Assembly (NCBI GenBank): GCA_963716725.1
Contig: CAVQUB010000006.1
Span: 1-64,000 of the forward strand
Direction of reading: 5' to 3'
Source of the DNA: an uncultured delta proteobacterium
Lineage (GTDB): Bacteria > Myxococcota_A > Polyangia > Polyangiales > Polyangiaceae
Length of the DNA stretch: 64,000 bases
This document shows, in pieces, positions 60,340-64,000 of the stretch (position 1 is its first letter; each line of letters starts with the position of its first letter). Under the pieces are notes generated by a model that saw only the letters and a program-made list of their open reading frames with translations, was not told where the DNA came from and searched no databases. Both the position numbers and the translations under genes were made by a program.

Positions 60340-61536
60340 TCAGCCGGCGCCGCGGTCGGCGGCTCGGGCCCGCGCCCGGCGAGCCCGCCGCGACCGCGCG
60401 TGCCGGATGTAGCTCTTCATGGTCAGGCGCTTGCCGAAGCACAAAAGCACGTCTCCGGTCAGGATTTGGCGGTCGCCCCGGGGGTTCGGGATGGTCAGTC
60501 CCCCGCGCAGGATGCTGAGCACCATCACGTCTCGGTCCCGCAGCCCGGCCTCGCGCAGCGTGCGACCGGCCAGCGCCGAGTCGGCGGTCACCTGAAGCTC
60601 GGCGACGCCGTAGCCCGCCTCGAGCGTCAGTCGTTGGCGCAGATCGACCTCCGGAAAGGCGACCTGCTCCTCGAGGTGCTCGACGATGTGATCGGCCACG
60701 TCGATGCCGGTGGCGGCCTCTATGCCCTCGAGCCCGGGTGACGAGTTCACCTCCAAGACCTGCGGACCGTCCGCCGTCTCGAGTAGATCGACCCCTGCGA
60801 CGCGGAGTCCCATGATCTGCGCGGCGTGGATGGCGGCGCGCTCGTAGGCCGGCTCGAGTCGAAGCGGCTCCGCGCGGGCGCCCCGGTGCACGTTGGCGCG
60901 GTACTCCTCGTCCCGGGCCAGCCGGCGCATCGCCGCGACGACGCGATCGCCGACCACGAACGCGCGGATGTCGCGGCCACGGCTCTCGCTCACGAATTTC
61001 TGGATCAAGACGTTCTGGCGCGCGCTCTGCAAGGTCTCGATGATCGCCTCGGCGATCTTGGTGGTGTCGGCCAAGATCACGCCGATGCCCTGGGTGCCCT
61101 CGAGCAGCTTGATGATCACCGGTGCTCCACCGACCTGATCGATGGCGTGCAGCACGCTGCGGCGGTCGCGCACGAAGGCGGTGGGTGGAATGCCCAAGTC
61201 GTGGCGGGACAGGACCTGAGTGCCGCGGAGCTTGTCGCGGGAGACGCTGATGGCGTTGGACGACGCCAGCGTGAACACGCCCATCTGTTCGAACTGGCGC
61301 ACCACCGCGGTTCCGTACAGGGTGATCGAGGCGCCAATGCGCGGGATCACCGCGTCGTAGCGCCGGAGCGGCCGGTTCTTGAAGAAGAGCTTGGGGTGCC
61401 CTTTCTCGATGCCCATGCTGAAGCGCAGGGTATTGAGCACCTTGGGCGAGTGTCCGCGGCCGACGCAGGCCTCGCGGAGGCGCCGCGTGCTGTAGGCCCG
61501 CGGGCTGCGCGACAGGATCACGATGCGAAGCGTCAC
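60340..61536 (-). CDS. rimK: RimK-family alpha-L-glutamate ligase with C-terminal TrkA-C (RCK_C) domain
   Basis: YSTRRL, IPRIGAS, RDKLR, KLLEGTQGIGV, RANVHRG, EVNSSPG; then DSALAGRTLRE..GDVLLCFG. Confidence 0.92.
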   Translation of the reverse strand: MTLRIVILSRSPRAYSTRRLREACVGRGHSPKVLNTLRFSMGIEKGHPKLFFKNRPLRRYDAVIPRIGASITLYGTAVVRQFEQMGVFTLASSNAISVSRDKLRGTQVLSRHDLGIPPTAFVRDRRSVLHAIDQVGGAPVIIKLLEGTQGIGVILADTTKIAEAIIETLQSARQNVLIQKFVSESRGRDIRAFVVGDRVVAAMRRLARDEEYRANVHRGARAEPLRLEPAYERAAIHAAQIMGLRVAGVDLLETADGPQVLEVNSSPGLEGIEAATGIDVADHIVEHLEEQVAFPEVDLRQRLTLEAGYGVAELQVTADSALAGRTLREAGLRDRDVMVLSILRGGLTIPNPRGDRQILTGDVLLCFGKRLTMKSYIRHARSRRARRARARAADRGAG

Positions 61537-62015
61537 CCTGCCGACTCCGGTGCGACCGAGCGAACGCGCCGCTTGGTCTTCGACAGCACGTAGATCTTGC
61601 CGGCATCCACCAGAAAGCGTCGCGCCAGGGCCGAGCGCCCCAGCAGCATCCGGAAGCGCATGCGCTCACGGCTGACCAGGCTGAGCTCTACCTCTTCGGC
61701 GACCGGACCAATTTGCAGCGTCGCGCGCACGAAGAGCCGCAGCTCGGACTCGCCGCTGGACGCACGAACGCGACCTCGACGTACCACCTTCGCTTCGACG
61801 GTGACGCGCCGATCGAGCTTCTTGCGGTGCAGGCGCACGTCGAAGCGCACGCGCCCATGAGGCAGCTCCTGCACGTTCTCGACGTGCAGCGCGCTGGACC
61901 GAGCGCCGGTGTCGAGCTTGGCGCGCATGCGGCGCACGTTCCACTCGGGGATGTCGACGAGCTCTGCGAAGCCCACGACCAAAGGCAAGCGATGAGAACG
62001 CTGTTCGTCGGTCAC
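61533..62015 (-). CDS. RimK-associated retropepsin-like peptidase (RimB-like)
   Basis: AKLDTGARSSALH..FRMLLGR. Confidence 0.88.
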   Translation of the reverse strand: MTDEQRSHRLPLVVGFAELVDIPEWNVRRMRAKLDTGARSSALHVENVQELPHGRVRFDVRLHRKKLDRRVTVEAKVVRRGRVRASSGESELRLFVRATLQIGPVAEEVELSLVSRERMRFRMLLGRSALARRFLVDAGKIYVLSKTKRRVRSVAPESAG

Positions 62016-62078
62016 TTGGGCTCGCCCCCGAGCCCGAGACTCTGCCCGAGCCACCCCGAAAAATCACCCGCCCCGGCG

Positions 62079-63185
62079 TCAGCGGGCGATTTCGCGAGGG
62101 GGCTGGGCGGTGGCCGCGGGTTCTGGCTGACCGTCCGAGGTGGCCGCCCGGGCGACGAAGGTGGCCAGCCCCGCGATCAGGCTGAGCAAGACCACGATGA
62201 GGAGGCCCGTGCGCAGGGGCACTTCCGCTGGTTTCGCGGCGATCGGCCTGGCGGATGTGGGCACGGTCGGTTCGGGCCGGCCGCTCGACGGGGCCGGCGC
62301 CGTGCCAGACTGGGGCGGGGTCGACGGGCGAGCCGGCGTCGGCGCGGGCGGGGCCGACCGCGCGACCCCGCCGGTTGCGAGCACCGGCTCGAGCTCGTGC
62401 AGGACATCCGCGGCGGATCCCGGCCGATCGTCCGGGTGCTTCTCGAGCAGCTCGAAGAGCAATCGCTCGACGCCCTCGGGAAGCACCTGCTTCAGCTCGC
62501 CTTCGAGCGGCGCCGGCGGACGGGTGCATTGCATCTCGAGCAACTCGCGCGGCGAGGGCGACTCGAAGGGCGGCTTTCCGGTCAGCATCTCGTAGAGCAG
62601 GAGCCCGAGCGCGTACAGGTCGCTGCGCGCGTCGATGCTCTTGGCGTCGATCTGCTCGGGGCTCATGTACTGCAACGTACCGACGCTGTGAGTCGTGGTC
62701 TTGCTGAGCGCTTGCACCACCTTCGCGATGCCAAAGTCCATCACTTTGACGCTGCCGTCGGCCAGGAGCATCACGTTCTCGGGCTTCAGGTCCCGATGCA
62801 CGATCGCGGGCTCCGCTCGATGCGCCGCGGCGAGGGCTGCCGCCACCTGCACCGCGATGTCTACCGCTTCGTCCCAGGGCAGCGGCCGGCGTTGGCTCAG
62901 GCGGCTGCGCAGCGTGCGACCTTCGAGGTACTCGAGAACCATGACCAGGCGGTCGTCGACCTCGATGCACGCGAGGCAACGGACCACGTTCGGGTGATCG
63001 AGCTGGGCCATGATGGCCATCTCGTTCAGGAAGAGCCGCCGGCCCTGCTCGCTCTCGGCCAGCTCCGGGCGCAGCACTTTGAGAGCGACTCGGCGGTGCG
63101 AGAGGCGCTCTTCGGCCTCGTACACCTTGCCCATGCCGCCCTCCCCGACCAGCCGCCGCACCAGGTATTCGCCCATCCGCTCCAT
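62079..63185 (-). CDS. Ser/Thr protein kinase with C-terminal TM helix
   Basis: GEGGMG, HRDLKPEN, DFG, GTLQYMSPE. Confidence 0.93.
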   Translation of the reverse strand: MERMGEYLVRRLVGEGGMGKVYEAEERLSHRRVALKVLRPELAESEQGRRLFLNEMAIMAQLDHPNVVRCLACIEVDDRLVMVLEYLEGRTLRSRLSQRRPLPWDEAVDIAVQVAAALAAAHRAEPAIVHRDLKPENVMLLADGSVKVMDFGIAKVVQALSKTTTHSVGTLQYMSPEQIDAKSIDARSDLYALGLLLYEMLTGKPPFESPSPRELLEMQCTRPPAPLEGELKQVLPEGVERLLFELLEKHPDDRPGSAADVLHELEPVLATGGVARSAPPAPTPARPSTPPQSGTAPAPSSGRPEPTVPTSARPIAAKPAEVPLRTGLLIVVLLSLIAGLATFVARAATSDGQPEPAATAQPPREIAR

Positions 63186-63360
63186 CGGTCGACTCCTTCA
63201 TACGCGCGAGTTGGGGAAAAGGTGCTCGGGAAACGCGGCCCGGCCCGCGGCCGGTCCCCGCGGGCCGACCCCCGGGCACCCCCCCCCTCGGGGCTGATCC
63301 TCGGCCTTTGGGCGAGCTTCCGCTTGCCCAGACCGCGTTTCGTTGACAGGTTCCGCCTCG

Positions 63361-64000
63361 ATGGACGCCACCGGCAGTCACGAATCGAACCGCGCCTACT
63401 ACGACGCCTTCAGCGAGGGTTACGAGGACCACCGCGGCGAGAACGATCCGGGCGGCTACCACGACCTGCTCGACGAGCTCGAGGCCGACTTCGTCGCGCG
63501 CTTCGGGCGCGGGCGCGACGTGCTCGAGATCGGATGTGGCACCGGCCTGGTGCTGTCGCGCATCGCTCGCTTCGCAGGCTCCGCGCGCGGGCTCGATCTT
63601 TCGCCGGGCATGTTGGAGAAGGCCCGAGCCCGAGGGCTCGACGTGGTGGAGGGCTCTGCGACGGATCTGCCCTTCCCGCATTCGAGCTTCGACGTCACCT
63701 GCTCGTTCAAGGTGCTGGCGCACGTGCCGGAGATCCGCGTGGCCCTCTCGGAGATGGCGCGCGTCACCCGACCTGGCGGCATCCTGATCGCCGAGTTCTA
63801 CAATCCTTTCAGCATTCGCGGCCTCGCGAAGAAGCTGGCGCCGCACGGCAAGATCGCCCAAGCGGCCCACGAGGGTCACGTCTTCACCCGCTTCGATTCG
63901 CCGCGCACGGTCGCGAAGCTCCTGCCCCCGGGCTGCGAGATCGTGGATTCACGAGGCATCCGCGTCGCCACACCGACGGCGCGCGTCATGCGTCACCCGC
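63361..64000 (+). CDS. Class I SAM-dependent methyltransferase; 3'-partial
   Basis: Open frame from ATG 63361: VLEIGCGTG..GLDLSPGM..LPFPHSSFDV..EMARVTRPGG. Confidence 0.9.
   Translation, partial: MDATGSHESNRAYYDAFSEGYEDHRGENDPGGYHDLLDELEADFVARFGRGRDVLEIGCGTGLVLSRIARFAGSARGLDLSPGMLEKARARGLDVVEGSATDLPFPHSSFDVTCSFKVLAHVPEIRVALSEMARVTRPGGILIAEFYNPFSIRGLAKKLAPHGKIAQAAHEGHVFTRFDSPRTVAKLLPPGCEIVDSRGIRVATPTARVMRHP

Overview
High-GC window that looks like a myxobacterial chromosome (Myxococcota, Polyangiaceae-like). This is inferred from the many Ser/Thr kinases, Gly-rich lipoproteins, vWA/VIT proteins, a PilZ protein and a type IV minor-pilin/PilY1 cluster. Many genes, including essential infB and nusA, carry single-base frameshifts, most likely long-read assembly errors. 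From left to right: the end of a probable island integrated at tRNA-Asn, carrying a TcmP-like/DUF5131 pair; envelope genes (flippase, ABC ATPase, OmpA-family protein); a repeat-rich intergenic block; the rimP-nusA-ylxR/L7Ae-infB-DUF503-rbfA operon with a leader terminator; a SerA-like dehydrogenase with an altered active site; and a nested element in which an IS630 shell holds a GxxExxY cassette with its own inverted repeats. Then follow scpA/scpB (ScpB has basic and acidic tails), an orphan SctT/FliR, two parvulins, fimU-pilV-pilW-pilX-pilY1, gcvT-H-PA without gcvPB followed by a degenerate bacterioferritin, an HNH gene plus IS1182 hotspot, rsmE, FecR-VIT-vWA-TPR and vWA genes, and rimK with its peptidase. 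The best candidates for undescribed biology are the TcmP/DUF5131 pair at the tRNA island end and the GxxExxY cassette inside the IS630 shell.
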